From assembly GCA_965261135.1 (NCBI GenBank), contig OZ253443.1:2192521-2256520 (forward strand): 64,000 nt of DNA, in the 5' to 3' direction. Positions 17,471-27,996 of the stretch are shown piece after piece. Source of the DNA: Acidimicrobiia bacterium (GTDB lineage: Bacteria > Actinomycetota > Acidimicrobiia > Spongiisociales > ZC4RG35). The position numbers and the translations under genes were made by a program. The notes below the pieces were generated by a model, which had not been told where the DNA came from, did not search any database, and saw only the letters and a program-made list of their open reading frames with translations. Numbering within the stretch: the first letter of the stretch is position 1; each line of letters begins with the position of its first letter.

Positions 17471-19014
17471 GACTCACCGTCCTGAGTCGCCGAGACGAAC
17501 ACATCCGCCAGCCGCCCCGGCGAGGGCGCCTGGTAGTCGGTGGTCTGCTCGATACGGTCGAGAATCGCTTCCACGGAGGGAGCGGTCCGGTCCAAGAGGA
17601 TGCCGGGATAGAGTCCCAGCAGCAGCACCAGAGCCGCCAAGGGCGCCAGCACCGCTATCTCTTTGGGAGAGAGGTCTACCAGCTTGCGGTTTTCGGCTCG
17701 CGTCAGGGGACCGGTGAACACCCGCTGGTAGGCCCACAACATATAGATGGCGGCCAGCACCACCCCGAAGGCGGCCACCACCGCCAAGGCCGGAAGGGAG
17801 GGGAAGCTCCCCACCAGCACCAGGAATTCTCCCACAAAGCCGTTGAGGCCGGGCAGGCCGATGGAAGCGAAGGCCATGAACAGGAAAAACCCGGCCATGA
17901 TCGGCGCCGGAGTGGCCAGGCCCCCGAAATCGCTGATCTGTTTGGTGTGGCGGCGGTCATAGAGCATCCCCACCAGCAAAAAGAGCGCCCCGGTGGTCAG
18001 ACCGTGGTTGACGTTCTGGATGACCGCGCCCTGCAGGCCGGCGGAGGTGAGGGCGAAAATCCCCAGCACCACGAACCCGAGATGGCTGACCGACGAGTAG
18101 GCAACCAGCTTCTTGAGGTCGGGCTGGACGATGGCCACTACCGCTCCGTAGATGATCCCCACCACCGCCAAGACGGCAAGGACCGGGACCAGGGAGACCG
18201 TAGCCTCGGGAAAGAGGGTGAGATTGAACCGCAGCAGTCCGTAGGTTCCCAGCTTCAGGAGCACCCCGGCCAGGAGCACCGAGCCGGCGGTGGGCGCTTC
18301 CACATGGGCGTCGGGAAGCCAGGTGTGGAAGGGAAACAGGGGCACCTTGATCGCAAACGCCAAAGCAAAGGCGCCGAATAGCCACATTTGGGCAGTGGGC
18401 GAAATATCCAGGGCCAACAGGGCCAGATAGTCGAAGCTGAGCGCTCCCTCCGGCGTCTGGGAGGCATGCATAACCGCCAGGGCGATGATCCCCGCCAGCA
18501 AAAGCGCAGAGCCGAAAGCGGTGTAGATGAAGAACTTGACCGCCGCGTACACCCGGCGCTCTCCTCCCCATACCCCGATGATGAGGTACATGGGAACCAG
18601 GATCACCTCGAAAAAGACGAAGAACAACAAGAGATCCAGGGCCAGGAAGCTCCCTATCAAACCCGTCTCCAAAAAGAGCATCGCCACCACGAACGCCTTG
18701 CGCCGGTGAGAGATGGAGTCGGAGACCGCCAGGCTGAGCGGGAACAGAATGGCAGTGAGCGCCACCATCCCCAGGGAGATCCCGTCCACGCCCAGTTGCC
18801 ATGACACTCCCCACGGCTCCCACCAGACCACCTTCTCCACCATTTGGAAGGAGGCCTCGCCCTTCTCGAAGGAGAAGAACACCGCGCCCGCCAACCCCAG
18901 CGGCGCCACCGAGAGGGCCATGCCCAACGGCAGGTGAAGCTCCCGGCGACGGGCCGGAATGAGAGAGATCACCAGCGCCCCCAGGAGCGGCGTCAGCACC
19001 AGTAGGGTCAGCAT
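17467..19014 (-). CDS. nuoM: NADH-quinone oxidoreductase subunit M
   Basis: 515 aa, Mrp-antiporter-like TM core. Position between nuoL and nuoN. Confidence 0.9.
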   Translation of the reverse strand: MLTLLVLTPLLGALVISLIPARRRELHLPLGMALSVAPLGLAGAVFFSFEKGEASFQMVEKVVWWEPWGVSWQLGVDGISLGMVALTAILFPLSLAVSDSISHRRKAFVVAMLFLETGLIGSFLALDLLLFFVFFEVILVPMYLIIGVWGGERRVYAAVKFFIYTAFGSALLLAGIIALAVMHASQTPEGALSFDYLALLALDISPTAQMWLFGAFALAFAIKVPLFPFHTWLPDAHVEAPTAGSVLLAGVLLKLGTYGLLRFNLTLFPEATVSLVPVLAVLAVVGIIYGAVVAIVQPDLKKLVAYSSVSHLGFVVLGIFALTSAGLQGAVIQNVNHGLTTGALFLLVGMLYDRRHTKQISDFGGLATPAPIMAGFFLFMAFASIGLPGLNGFVGEFLVLVGSFPSLPALAVVAAFGVVLAAIYMLWAYQRVFTGPLTRAENRKLVDLSPKEIAVLAPLAALVLLLGLYPGILLDRTAPSVEAILDRIEQTTDYQAPSPGRLADVFVSATQDGES

Positions 19015-19024
19015 CTGCGGTTAC

Positions 19025-20926
19025 TCACACTCCGCCCCTCACCAAAAGCCAGGCCAGCAGCGCCACCAGGCCCAACGCGAACCACAGCCCATACTGGCGG
19101 ATCAGCCCGCTTTGCGCAGGGCGGATCATGGTTCCCGTCGCCCTGACCAGCCGGGCCACGCCGTTAACCGCCCCGTCCACCACCTTCAAATCCAGCCGGA
19201 AGGCGGCCTGTTCGGCGAGACGACGGCCGGGAGCGACCAGCATCGCCCCATAGATGTCATCCACCCGATAGGCGTTCTCCCACCATTCCCACACTCTGCC
19301 GAATCCCGATTGGAAGCGACGCCAGGCCTCCGAGGGCCGGTGATAGGCGAAAAAGGCCATACCGGCCCCGACCGCGCCGGCCGCCACCGCCACGGCGGCC
19401 AACACCAGGACAAGGATCACCCCCTCGGGCGGATGACCGAGCGTCACTCCTTCGAAGGAAGGCTCCAGAAAGTGCTCGAGTCCCAGCCGGAAGGGAGTGT
19501 TGACCAAACCTCCAGCCACCGACAGCACGGCCAGGACGATCAGGGGAAAGGTCATGGAGCGGGGGGACTCGTGAGGGACAACCCCCTCGGGCCAGCGGGG
19601 CTTGCCCAGAAACACCATCACGAACTGACGCATCATGTAAAAGGCGGTGAGCAGGGCGGTTACCAGCCCCACGAGCCACAGCGCGGTGAACCATCCGCCC
19701 TGGTTGAACACAACGCCCAAGATTTCGTCCTTCGACCAGAATCCCGCCAGCGGAGGGAAACCGGCGATGGCCACCACCCCCACCCCCATGGTCACGAAGG
19801 TAACGGGCATGGCCTTCCGAAGACCCCCCATCTCCCCCATGTCCTGGCGGCCCCCCATGGCATGGATCACCGAACCGGCCCCGAGAAACAGGAGAGCCTT
19901 GAAAAAGGCGTGCGTCATCAGGTGGAACACGCCCGCCACATAGGCCGTCGCCCCCACCGCCAGGAACATGTAACCCAACTGGCTGATGGTGGAGTAGGCC
20001 AGCACCCGTTTTATATCGGACTGGGCAATGGCGATGGTCGCCGCCCACAAGGCGGTCAGGGCTCCCACCGCGGCCACCACCCCCGAGGCGACGGGCGCCA
20101 ACTCGAAGATCGGGGCGGAGCGGGCGATCACATACACCCCGGCGGTGACCATCGTGGCGGCGTGAATAAGCGCCGAGACCGGCGTAGGACCCTCCATGGC
20201 ATCGGGCAACCACACATAGAGAGGAATCTGCGCCGATTTCCCGATCGCCCCGGCCGCCAGCATCAGCCCGATTAGCGTGGGCGTCCACCCGGTCAATTCA
20301 TCGGCGGCCCGGTCGAACACGCCGGAGTAGGACAAAGTCCCGAAGGCGCTGAAAATCAGCATCAGGGCTATGAGAAACCCGAAATCGCCGATCCGGTTCA
20401 CCACGAACGCCTTCTTTCCCGCCGAGGCGGCGGAGGGACGGGTGAACCAAAACGAAATCAGGAGATAAGAGCAGAGGCCCACCAGTTCCCAGCCCACGAA
20501 CAACATGGCAAAGTTCCCGGCCAGCACCAGAGTGAGCATCGAGGCGGTGAACAGGTTGAGATAGGTGAAGAACCGGGAGAAACGGGGATCTCCTTGCATG
20601 TATCCCAGCGAATAGATGTGAATCAGCGAACCCACTCCGGTGACCACCAGGGTCATCAGGGCCGAGAGCGGATCCCAGGCGATCTCGAAGGATGCCCCCA
20701 CCGCCGGCATCCACTCCCACAGAATGGACTGGGAGGGATGGCCCGCCCCGGTGAAGAAGGGCACTGCGGCGACCGCCGCCACCGCAAACGCGGCCAGCGA
20801 AGCGGCGCAGGCCAGGTATCCGGCACGGGGCTCTCCCACCCACCGGCCCGCGAAGTGCAGCAGCACCGCCCCCCCGAGGGGAAGGGCGATCACCAGCCAC
20901 AGCGCCTCGGTCGGAAGCTCGATCAT
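19025..20926 (-). CDS. nuoL: NADH-quinone oxidoreductase subunit L
   Basis: 633 aa, antiporter-like core plus long C-terminal helix region. Order nuoK-L-M. Confidence 0.9.
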   Translation of the reverse strand: MIELPTEALWLVIALPLGGAVLLHFAGRWVGEPRAGYLACAASLAAFAVAAVAAVPFFTGAGHPSQSILWEWMPAVGASFEIAWDPLSALMTLVVTGVGSLIHIYSLGYMQGDPRFSRFFTYLNLFTASMLTLVLAGNFAMLFVGWELVGLCSYLLISFWFTRPSAASAGKKAFVVNRIGDFGFLIALMLIFSAFGTLSYSGVFDRAADELTGWTPTLIGLMLAAGAIGKSAQIPLYVWLPDAMEGPTPVSALIHAATMVTAGVYVIARSAPIFELAPVASGVVAAVGALTALWAATIAIAQSDIKRVLAYSTISQLGYMFLAVGATAYVAGVFHLMTHAFFKALLFLGAGSVIHAMGGRQDMGEMGGLRKAMPVTFVTMGVGVVAIAGFPPLAGFWSKDEILGVVFNQGGWFTALWLVGLVTALLTAFYMMRQFVMVFLGKPRWPEGVVPHESPRSMTFPLIVLAVLSVAGGLVNTPFRLGLEHFLEPSFEGVTLGHPPEGVILVLVLAAVAVAAGAVGAGMAFFAYHRPSEAWRRFQSGFGRVWEWWENAYRVDDIYGAMLVAPGRRLAEQAAFRLDLKVVDGAVNGVARLVRATGTMIRPAQSGLIRQYGLWFALGLVALLAWLLVRGGV

Positions 20927-21234
20927 CCCCGGAGCGCCGCCAACTCATCGACCGAAGCGGTCTCTCGTCTCCTGAATATGGCGACGATGATCGCCAGTCC
21001 CACCACTACCTCGGCGGCGGCGACCACCAGTACGAAGAAGACCGCAACCTGCCCGTCAAGCACACCTGCCGCCCGACCGGCGGCCACGAAAGTGAGGTTG
21101 ACAGCGTTGAGCATCAACTCCACGCACATGAACATCACCAGGGCGTTGCGCCTGATCAGGACCCCGGTCATCCCCAGGACGAACAGGACGGCGGCCAGGG
21201 TCATATACCAGCCCGGGGTGACGGCCGGCATCAC
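20923..21234 (-). CDS. nuoK: NADH-quinone oxidoreductase subunit K
   Basis: 103 aa, 3 TM, conserved Glu residues in TM helices. Confidence 0.9.
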   Translation of the reverse strand: MMPAVTPGWYMTLAAVLFVLGMTGVLIRRNALVMFMCVELMLNAVNLTFVAAGRAAGVLDGQVAVFFVLVVAAAEVVVGLAIIVAIFRRRETASVDELAALRG

Positions 21235-21764
21235 TCCTCCGCCGGCGTATCGCCGGACCGCCGATGAAATGCCAGAGCGATAGCCCCCACCGCGGCGATG
21301 GTCAGCAACAGGGCGGTCACTTCCACCCCCAGGACCCAGGTGGTGAAAAGCTCTTCTCCCAGCGCCTGGACCGTGCCGTTGGGGATCTCGGCCGCCCCCG
21401 TCGAGACGGGGGTCCAGGAGAAACGGCCCCGCGACACCAACGCCGCCGCGCCCAGGGCCACCGCGGTGGCCAGCCCGACCACCAGCTTGCGCTGGAAGGG
21501 AATGGTCTCGGAGGTGTCCTCGGTGCGGTCAACGCCGATGAACATGATCACAAAGAGAAACAGGGTCAACACCGCCCCGGCGTACACCACCACCTGCACC
21601 GCGGCTACCAGATGGGCCAGGTTGACCACGTAGATCACCGCCAGGGACACCAGGGCACCCAACAGCCCCAGGGCCGAGCGGACCGGGTTTCGAGCCAGCA
21701 CCACCGTGACGGCCCCGGCCAATGTCCCCGCCCCCATCAGCACGAAAATCACCAGTTCAACCAT
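21231..21764 (-). CDS. nuoJ: NADH-quinone oxidoreductase subunit J
   Basis: 177 aa, 5 TM, position between nuoI and nuoK. Confidence 0.85.
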   Translation of the reverse strand: MVELVIFVLMGAGTLAGAVTVVLARNPVRSALGLLGALVSLAVIYVVNLAHLVAAVQVVVYAGAVLTLFLFVIMFIGVDRTEDTSETIPFQRKLVVGLATAVALGAAALVSRGRFSWTPVSTGAAEIPNGTVQALGEELFTTWVLGVEVTALLLTIAAVGAIALAFHRRSGDTPAEE

Positions 21765-22395
21765 CCGGCGAGTCCCTGGTCTCCTGATCCGGCTCGGGTG
21801 CCCAGGAAGCGGGGCCGGGAGTGGGCTGCCACATCATCTCGCCCTCATAGGCGGCCACCCCGCCCGGGGAAGTGGCTCGGAGCCACCCGTCGGCGGCGTC
21901 CAGTTCGGACAAGTCGGCGAAAGGATCCTCCCGGTATATATGGGGAACCGACCCGTCCTCTGCCATCAATAGCTCGTCCTTGGTATGGATGGCGTCGTTG
22001 CGGTTGGTCACCGACATCTCGAAAAGGTGGCTCATGGTGATGGCCTCGGTGGGACAGGCCTCCACGCACAGCCCGCAGAAGATGCAGCGCAGCATGTTGA
22101 TCTCATATACGTACCCGAAGCGCTCCCCGGGGCTCTGGGGATCATCGGGCGGGTTGTCGGCGCCTCGCACGTAGATGCAGCGGGCGGGACAGGCCCCGGC
22201 GCACAGCTCACACCCTATGCACTTCTCCATCCCGTCGGGATAGCGATTGAGAACGTGGCGGCCGTGGAACCGCACCGGCTTTTCCCGCATCTCGGAGGGA
22301 TAGCGGGTGGTGACGATGCCCCTTCCGAACAGGCCCCTCAGACCGATCGACCCGGTCACCTTGAAGCTTTTCCAGAATTCTCTCAGTATTCCCAT
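21757..22395 (-). CDS. nuoI: NADH-quinone oxidoreductase subunit I (2x[4Fe-4S] ferredoxin), with about 50-aa C-terminal extension
   Basis: Two CxxCxxCxxxCP motifs ([24 protein letters not shown]). Confidence 0.9.
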   Translation of the reverse strand: MGILREFWKSFKVTGSIGLRGLFGRGIVTTRYPSEMREKPVRFHGRHVLNRYPDGMEKCIGCELCAGACPARCIYVRGADNPPDDPQSPGERFGYVYEINMLRCIFCGLCVEACPTEAITMSHLFEMSVTNRNDAIHTKDELLMAEDGSVPHIYREDPFADLSELDAADGWLRATSPGGVAAYEGEMMWQPTPGPASWAPEPDQETRDSPDG

Positions 22396-22402
22396 CTTTT
22401 CC

Positions 22403-23518
22403 TCACCCGCTGAACGGTAAACCGAAATGACGGAAGCCGATCACCACCGTGGAGATCACCAGCCACACCATCGACAAGGGAATCAGCCGCTTCCAACCCA
22501 GGGTCATCAACTGGTCGTAGCGCAACCGGGGAAGGGTGGCTCTCGTCCAGAAGAACACCACCACCAGCACGTAGCTTTTCGCCATCAGCCATACGACAGG
22601 AAGTATGGCCGAAACCCAGCCGGGCACAATCCCTTCCCAGACCGGGCCGTTCCATCCTCCCAAGAAGAGCGTGGCGGTAATAGCGCACATGGAGAAGATG
22701 TTGATGTACTCGGCCAAAAAGAACATGGCGAAGCGGATGCCCGAGTACTCGGTGTGGAATCCACCCACCAACTCCTGCTCGGCCTCCACCAAATCGAAGG
22801 GCGCCCGGTTGGTCTCCGCCAACGCCGCCAGGAAGAAGATCACAAAGGCCACGAATTGGGGAAAGATGTTCCAGCGGGGAATCAAGCTGATCACCGGGTC
22901 GAGGAAGGCGACAGATCCCGCCCAGGTTCCCGACTGTCTCTCCACGATCTCAGCCAGGGAGAGGGTTCCGCTCTCCGCGCCCGGCGCGGTGGCCGAGAAC
23001 ATCACCACCGCCACCATCGCCAAACCCATGGCCGCCTCATAAGAGATCGCCTGGGCGGTGGCCCGCACACCCCCCAGCAACGGGTATTTGGAACCCGACG
23101 ACCACCCGGCCAGCACCACCGCGTACACCGCCATGGACGACATGGCCAATATGAACAGGATCCCGATGTTGAGATCGGCCCCTTGGAGCGGCACCTGTCG
23201 GCCCGCAATCTCCAAGCCCGGACCGAGCGGGACCATCATGAAAATCAGGAAGGCGGGTATCACCGCCAGGAAAGGCGCCAGGAGATAGGCCCCCACATCC
23301 ACCCTCCGGGGAGTGATTTGCTCCTTGAAGAACAGCTTCATCCCATCAGCCAGGGTCTGGAGTATCCCCCACGGCCCCGCCCGGGCCGGGCCCACCCGGT
23401 TCTGCATATCCGCCAGAATTTTTCGCTCCAGCCAGATGTTGATAATGGTCAATACCAGCAACAGGGCGAACACCGCCACCACGCGGACGGCTATCAACAA
23501 CAGATCTACCCAGTCCAT
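22403..23518 (-). CDS. nuoH: NADH-quinone oxidoreductase subunit H
   Basis: 371 aa, 8-9 TM, NuoH/ND1 pattern. First gene of the cluster; no nuoA-G upstream. Confidence 0.9.
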   Translation of the reverse strand: MDWVDLLLIAVRVVAVFALLLVLTIINIWLERKILADMQNRVGPARAGPWGILQTLADGMKLFFKEQITPRRVDVGAYLLAPFLAVIPAFLIFMMVPLGPGLEIAGRQVPLQGADLNIGILFILAMSSMAVYAVVLAGWSSGSKYPLLGGVRATAQAISYEAAMGLAMVAVVMFSATAPGAESGTLSLAEIVERQSGTWAGSVAFLDPVISLIPRWNIFPQFVAFVIFFLAALAETNRAPFDLVEAEQELVGGFHTEYSGIRFAMFFLAEYINIFSMCAITATLFLGGWNGPVWEGIVPGWVSAILPVVWLMAKSYVLVVVFFWTRATLPRLRYDQLMTLGWKRLIPLSMVWLVISTVVIGFRHFGLPFSG

Positions 23519-23712
23519 CAGAGGGTTGTCACCAGGAAAAAGAGCGCTGACACGGCCTAAGGGAGAGATTAGAAACGCACAACCTTATAACAAAAACCTC
23601 TATCCGCCGAAGCCGTCCAGCTCCCACCCGATGTCCAATCAGGCCGGCGCCACCAGACAAAAACAGCTTTCCAACGCCAACATATCGACGTTCCGGCGGT
23701 AACATTTACTCC

Positions 23713-23734
23713 GAGCCGCCCGGGCGGCGTTTTG
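23713..23734 (+). promoter_or_regulatory. Palindromic hairpin followed by a U-tract in the fhs 5' leader (terminator/attenuator-like)
   Basis: gag-GCCGCCCGGGCGGC-GTTTTGCTTC, about 40 nt upstream of the fhs start, inside the 254-nt divergent nuoH/fhs intergenic region. No gene ends here on either strand. Confidence 0.4.
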
Positions 23735-23772
23735 CTTCATTCCACATCTCTTCAGCACCCAGGAGGCTTCCC

Positions 23773-25539
23773 TTGAATTCCGCCAGTATCCCCTCCGACC
23801 TGGATATTGCCCAAAGCGCCCAGGTCATCCCCATAACCGAGATAGCAGAACGGGTGGGGATCCAAACTGACGAACTGATCCCCTACGGCGCCGACAAGGC
23901 CAAGGTGCATCTCGACATTTTGAGCCGGATCCAGAACCGTCCCCGGGGTCGCTATGTGGACGTGACCGCCATCACCCCCACTCCCCTCGGCGAGGGCAAG
24001 ACCACCACCACCATCGGCCTTACCCAGGGCCTGGGAGCGAGGGGCCACAACGCCATGGCGTGCATTCGCCAGCCCAGCATGGGCCCTACCTTTGGCATCA
24101 AGGGCGGCGCGGCGGGGGGAGGCTACAGCCAGGTCATCCCCATGGAGGAGTTCAATCTCCATCTCACCGGGGATATACACGCCATCGGGGTTGCCCACAA
24201 TCTGGTGGCCGCCGCCATCGACGCCCGGTGGTATCACGAGGGGCGGCTCAGTGACGAACGCCTGGCCGAACGGGGGCTGAAACGCCTGGGGATCGACCAT
24301 GACCGCATCCTGTGGCGACGGGTGGTCGATGTGAACGACCGGGCGCTGCGCAATGTGGTGTTGGGGCTGGGCGGCCGGGCCGACGGGCGCCCGCGGGAGA
24401 GCGGATACGACATCACAGTGGCCAGCGAGTTGATGGCGATTCTCGCCCTGGTGGACGGGAAAGACTATGCCTCCGCCCTTCGAAACCTGCGCGAACGCTG
24501 CGGAAAGGTGGTGTTCGGCTCTTCACAGACCGGAGAGCCGCTCACCCTCGAAGACCTGGGAGCCGCGGGGGCGGTTACCGTGCTCTTGCGCGAAGCCCTC
24601 CACCCCACCCTGATGCAGACCCTGGAGGGACAGGGGGTATTCGTCCACACCGGCCCCTTCGCCAACATCGCCCACGGCAACTCGTCGGTGGTGGCCGACC
24701 GGATCGGTCTCCAACTCGCCGACTATGTGGTCACCGAGTCGGGATTCGGGGCCGACATGGGGATGGAAAAGTTCTTCAACATCAAGTGCCGGACCTCGGG
24801 ACTGATTCCGGACTGCGTTGTGCTGACCGCCACGGTGCGCGCGCTCAAAAACCAGGGAGGAGGCCCGCGGGTTACGCCGGGGAAGCCTCTTCATCCCTCC
24901 TATACCGAGGAGAACCTGCCGCTCCTGAGAGCGGGCGTGGCCAATCTCCAAGCCCACCTGGAAACCATTCGAGAGTTTGGAATTCCGGCGGTGGTGGCGG
25001 TCAACATCTTCCCCACCGATACCCAGCGGGAGATCGAATACATACAGTCGGCGGCCGTGGAAGCCGGCGCTCACTCCGCGGTCCCTGCCACTCACTGGGC
25101 GGAAGGCGGCGCCGGGGCAGGCCAACTGGCCGAGGTGGTGGAGGACGCCTGCGCCGTCTCCGGGAATTTTCGCTTCATCTACTCGCTGGAGCAACCCCTC
25201 AAAGAGAAAATCGCCCGGATCGCCCGCCAGGTGTACGGAGCGGAGGATGTCTCCTACTCCGCCCTCGCCGATCGCCAGCTCGCCCAGTACGAGCAGGCCG
25301 GCTTCGGAAACCTGCCGATCTGCATGGCCAAAACCCATCTCTCAATCAGTCACGACCCCAGCCTCCGGGGCGCTCCCCGGGGATATACCCTCCCCGTCCG
25401 GGAAGTACGGGCCTCGGTTGGCGCCGGGTTTATCTATCCGCTGGTCGGCGCGGTTCGGACCATGCCCGGGCTCTCGGTGACCCCCGCCTTCCTCAATGTG
25501 GACATCGACTCGGCGGGAGAGGTGGTGGGCCTCTTCTGA
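23773..25539 (+). CDS. fhs: Formate--tetrahydrofolate ligase
   Basis: 588 aa. N-terminal SDLDIAQSAQVIPITEIAERVGI...YGADKAKV and TPLGEGKTTTTIGL P-loop are characteristic of FTHFS. TTG start at 23773 with aggagg 7 nt upstream. Confidence 0.95.
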   Translation: MNSASIPSDLDIAQSAQVIPITEIAERVGIQTDELIPYGADKAKVHLDILSRIQNRPRGRYVDVTAITPTPLGEGKTTTTIGLTQGLGARGHNAMACIRQPSMGPTFGIKGGAAGGGYSQVIPMEEFNLHLTGDIHAIGVAHNLVAAAIDARWYHEGRLSDERLAERGLKRLGIDHDRILWRRVVDVNDRALRNVVLGLGGRADGRPRESGYDITVASELMAILALVDGKDYASALRNLRERCGKVVFGSSQTGEPLTLEDLGAAGAVTVLLREALHPTLMQTLEGQGVFVHTGPFANIAHGNSSVVADRIGLQLADYVVTESGFGADMGMEKFFNIKCRTSGLIPDCVVLTATVRALKNQGGGPRVTPGKPLHPSYTEENLPLLRAGVANLQAHLETIREFGIPAVVAVNIFPTDTQREIEYIQSAAVEAGAHSAVPATHWAEGGAGAGQLAEVVEDACAVSGNFRFIYSLEQPLKEKIARIARQVYGAEDVSYSALADRQLAQYEQAGFGNLPICMAKTHLSISHDPSLRGAPRGYTLPVREVRASVGAGFIYPLVGAVRTMPGLSVTPAFLNVDIDSAGEVVGLF

Positions 25540-25563
25540 ATTCGCTCGAGGGTTGGATCGGCA

Positions 25564-25901
25564 TCAGCCGGCGCCGGAGGTAGCCTCAACCACCTGCACC
25601 AGCCGGTAGTCCAGCGAACTGGCGTCGGCCGGCGGGTCCTCGATTTCCGTTATCTCCACATCAAGGACATAGGACACCCCTTCGATGTGGGTGAACCCTT
25701 CGATGCCGTCGTAGAAAAACTCCCAATCGGCGTTCTCGGACTCCTTGACCAGCAGGCATTTGCGGGGCCGACGCCCACGCAGTCAACCACATCCGGGCCG
25801 ATCCACATCCGGACAACCCGACTCGACGACGTACCCGTCGAACAGGCGCCAAGGGCGAGCGCCAGGACGACAAGCACTGTCGTGAGTACCCGGGCCGCCA
25901 A
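25564..25901 (-). pseudogene. DUF4377-like lipoprotein gene disrupted by an apparent 1-nt frameshift near 25750
   Basis: The N-terminal part (signal peptide + lipobox LALGAC ... VDCVGVGPANAC) is in one frame. The C-terminal part (LLVKESENADWEFFYDGIEGFTHIEGVSYVLDVEITEIEDPPADASSLDYRLVQVV) is in the -1 frame and ends at the stop 25564-25566. Together they give the CVGVGP...C...DWEFFYDGIEGF pattern of DUF4377 proteins. Confidence 0.5.
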
Positions 25902-26071
25902 AATGCGCTCCTCTCAGAAGTTATTCACGTGATTGCGACCAAATTTATCAACAATCGAATCCAAGCCCTCAACCCCAAAATCCCGGCCTTTTGTCACCAG
26001 TCCGTTTTACAGATTGCTAAAATATCGCCAACGGAACAAAGTTCGCCCGTACAACTCAAGGAGAGTCAACT

Positions 26072-27973
26072 ATGGGAAAAAAGACCCGGCTGACCCATCC
26101 GCTGGTGCGCCAGAACGGCGTACTTCGACAAGCCACGTGGGCCGAGGCTCTTGCCACTGCGGCCCGCGGCCTGGGTGAGGTGCGCGACGCGCACGGCGGA
26201 GAAGCGATAGGGCTGTTTTCCTGCTCCAAAGCCACCAACGAGACCAACTTCTTGGCACAGAAGTTCGCACGGGTGGTGCTGGGCACCAATAACGTAGATT
26301 CCTGTAACCGGACCTGACACGCTCCCAGCGTCGCCGGTCTGGCGGCTGTTTTCGGAGCGGGAGGGGGAACCAGTTCCTATCAGGAGATGGATGACGCCGA
26401 TGTGGTGATCCTGTGGGGGTCGAACGCCCGGGCCGCCCATCCCATCTTTTTTCACCGGGTCATCCGGGCGGTCCGCCGCGGCGCCCGCCTGTTCTGCGTG
26501 GATCCTCGCCGAAGCGAGTCGGCGGAGTGGGCCGACCTGTGGCTGGGTATCGATGTCGGATCCGATATCGCCCTGTCCAACGCGGTGGCCCGCGAGATCC
26601 TGGCATGCGGGTTGGAGAATCGGGAGTTCATCGAGCGCGCCACCCTCAATTTCGAGGAATACGCCCAGAGCGTGGAGGGGTGGACCCTGGAGCGGGGCGA
26701 GGAGATAACCGGAGTTCCCGCCCATGCCATCCGCTCTCTGGCCCATGCCTATGCCAAGGCCGACCGCGCCCAGTTGTGCTGGACGCTGGGGATAACCGAG
26801 CACCACAACGCCACCGACAATGTGCTGGCTCTGATCAACCTGGCGCTGCTCTGCGGACATGTGGGTCGCTACGGGTCGGGACTGGTGCCCCTCCGGGGCC
26901 AGAACAATGTACAGGGAGGCGGCGACATGGGAGCGATCCCCAACAAGCTTCCGGGTTTCCAAGATGTGGAGTCAGACGAACTCCGCACCCCGTTCGAAGC
27001 CACCTGGAAGGCCCCCGTCCCTCCCCGCAAGGGTCTTCACCTCACCCAGATGTTCGAGGCGATGGAAGATGGTACTCTGCGCGCCCTGTACGTGATCGGA
27101 GAGAATCCCGCCCAATCCGAGGCCGATGTCAAAAGGGCCCGCCACCTGATGGAAGGCCTGGAATTCATGGTGGTTCAGGACATTTTCCTTACCCGCACCG
27201 CCCAAATGGCCGACGTTGTGTTCCCTGCCGCCGCCGACTGGTGCGAGGCGGAGGGAACGGTGACCTCGAGCGAACGGCGGGTCCAGCGGGTGCGCCCCGC
27301 CCTCCAACCTCCCGGGGAGGCCCGCACCGACTCCTCCATCATCTCCTCCCTGGCGGCCAGCATGGGACATGGTTGGGGCATGCCTTCCGCCGAGGAGGTG
27401 TGGGACGAACTGCGCAGCCTCTCTCCCATGCACCGGGGTATGGCCTACCGTCGCCTGGAAGACCACGGCGGCTTACAATGGCCCTGCTTCGACGAAGACC
27501 ATCCCGGTGAACTCTTCCTCCACTCCCGCCTGTGGGCAGACCCCCCAGTCGGCCCCCTCGCTCCCTTCTTCCCTGTGGAGTGGTTCCCGCCGGTCGACCG
27601 GCTGACCGAGGATTATCCCACCCGGCTCACCACCGGCCGCCACCTCGACTCCTACAACACGGGAGTGCAGAGCGGCGCCACCGACTCCCCGCTCCGGATC
27701 GGGGGAACCCTCGACATCTCACCCGAGGACTCCTCTACCTGGGCGATTTTGGAGGGAGAAGAAGTGCGGGTCACCTCTCGGAGAGGGTCGATCACCGTCC
27801 CCGCCCGGGTGGACGAGAGCCTCCGCCCCGGTTTGGTCTTTATGTCCGTTCACTTTCCCGAGCAGGCCGACATCAACCAACTGACCATCGAGGCCTGGGA
27901 TCCGAAGAGTGGCACCGCGGAGTTCAAGGCGACTGCCGTGCGGGTGGAAAAAGCACCGGCGCCGGTCGGGTAG
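26072..27973 (+). CDS. fdhA: Formate dehydrogenase catalytic (molybdo/tungstopterin) subunit; selenoprotein with in-frame UGA = Sec at codon 83 (26318-26320); lacks the usual N-terminal 4Fe-4S domain
   Basis: RBS aaggagag before the ATG at 26072. ...[41 protein letters not shown] aligns with E. coli FdhF ...[29 protein letters not shown]. ORF 26387..27973 is in the same frame (315 nt = 105 codons downstream). GGUCUG loop 18 nt after the UGA, as in the fdhF SECIS. Confidence 0.9.
26321..26365 (+). ncRNA. SECIS-like stem-loop immediately 3' of the UGA (cis element within the fdhA mRNA)
   Basis: UGA CAC GCU CCC AGC GUC GCC GGUCUG GCG GCU G ... GGAGCG. The outer stem CGCUCC/GGAGCG encloses an apical GCC-GGUCU-GGC hairpin. 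The GGUCUG apical motif and its 18-nt spacing from the UGA are the same as in E. coli fdhF. Confidence 0.6.
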
Positions 27974-27996
27974 CGGCAAGCAAACGACACTGACAG

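Noticed and set aside
18959-20288. 438-aa plus-strand and 343-aa minus-strand ORFs inside nuoL
   Set aside because: Alternate/antisense frames of an unambiguous NuoL coding sequence.
22427-23560. 377-aa plus-strand ORF
   Set aside because: Antisense of nuoH. His/Arg/Gln-rich artefact.
23519-23772. Confident call of a ZTP (pfl) riboswitch in the fhs leader
   Set aside because: Only partial, mismatched resemblance to the conserved GGGUCGUGAC / CCGCCUGGGCA elements. Kept as a hypothesis in findings, not as a feature.
24312-25583. 423-aa plus-strand ORF
   Set aside because: Out-of-frame overlap of fhs. Arg/Gly/Pro-rich, no domains.
26413-27510. 365-aa plus-strand ORF
   Set aside because: +1 frame of the formate dehydrogenase gene. 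Composition artefact.
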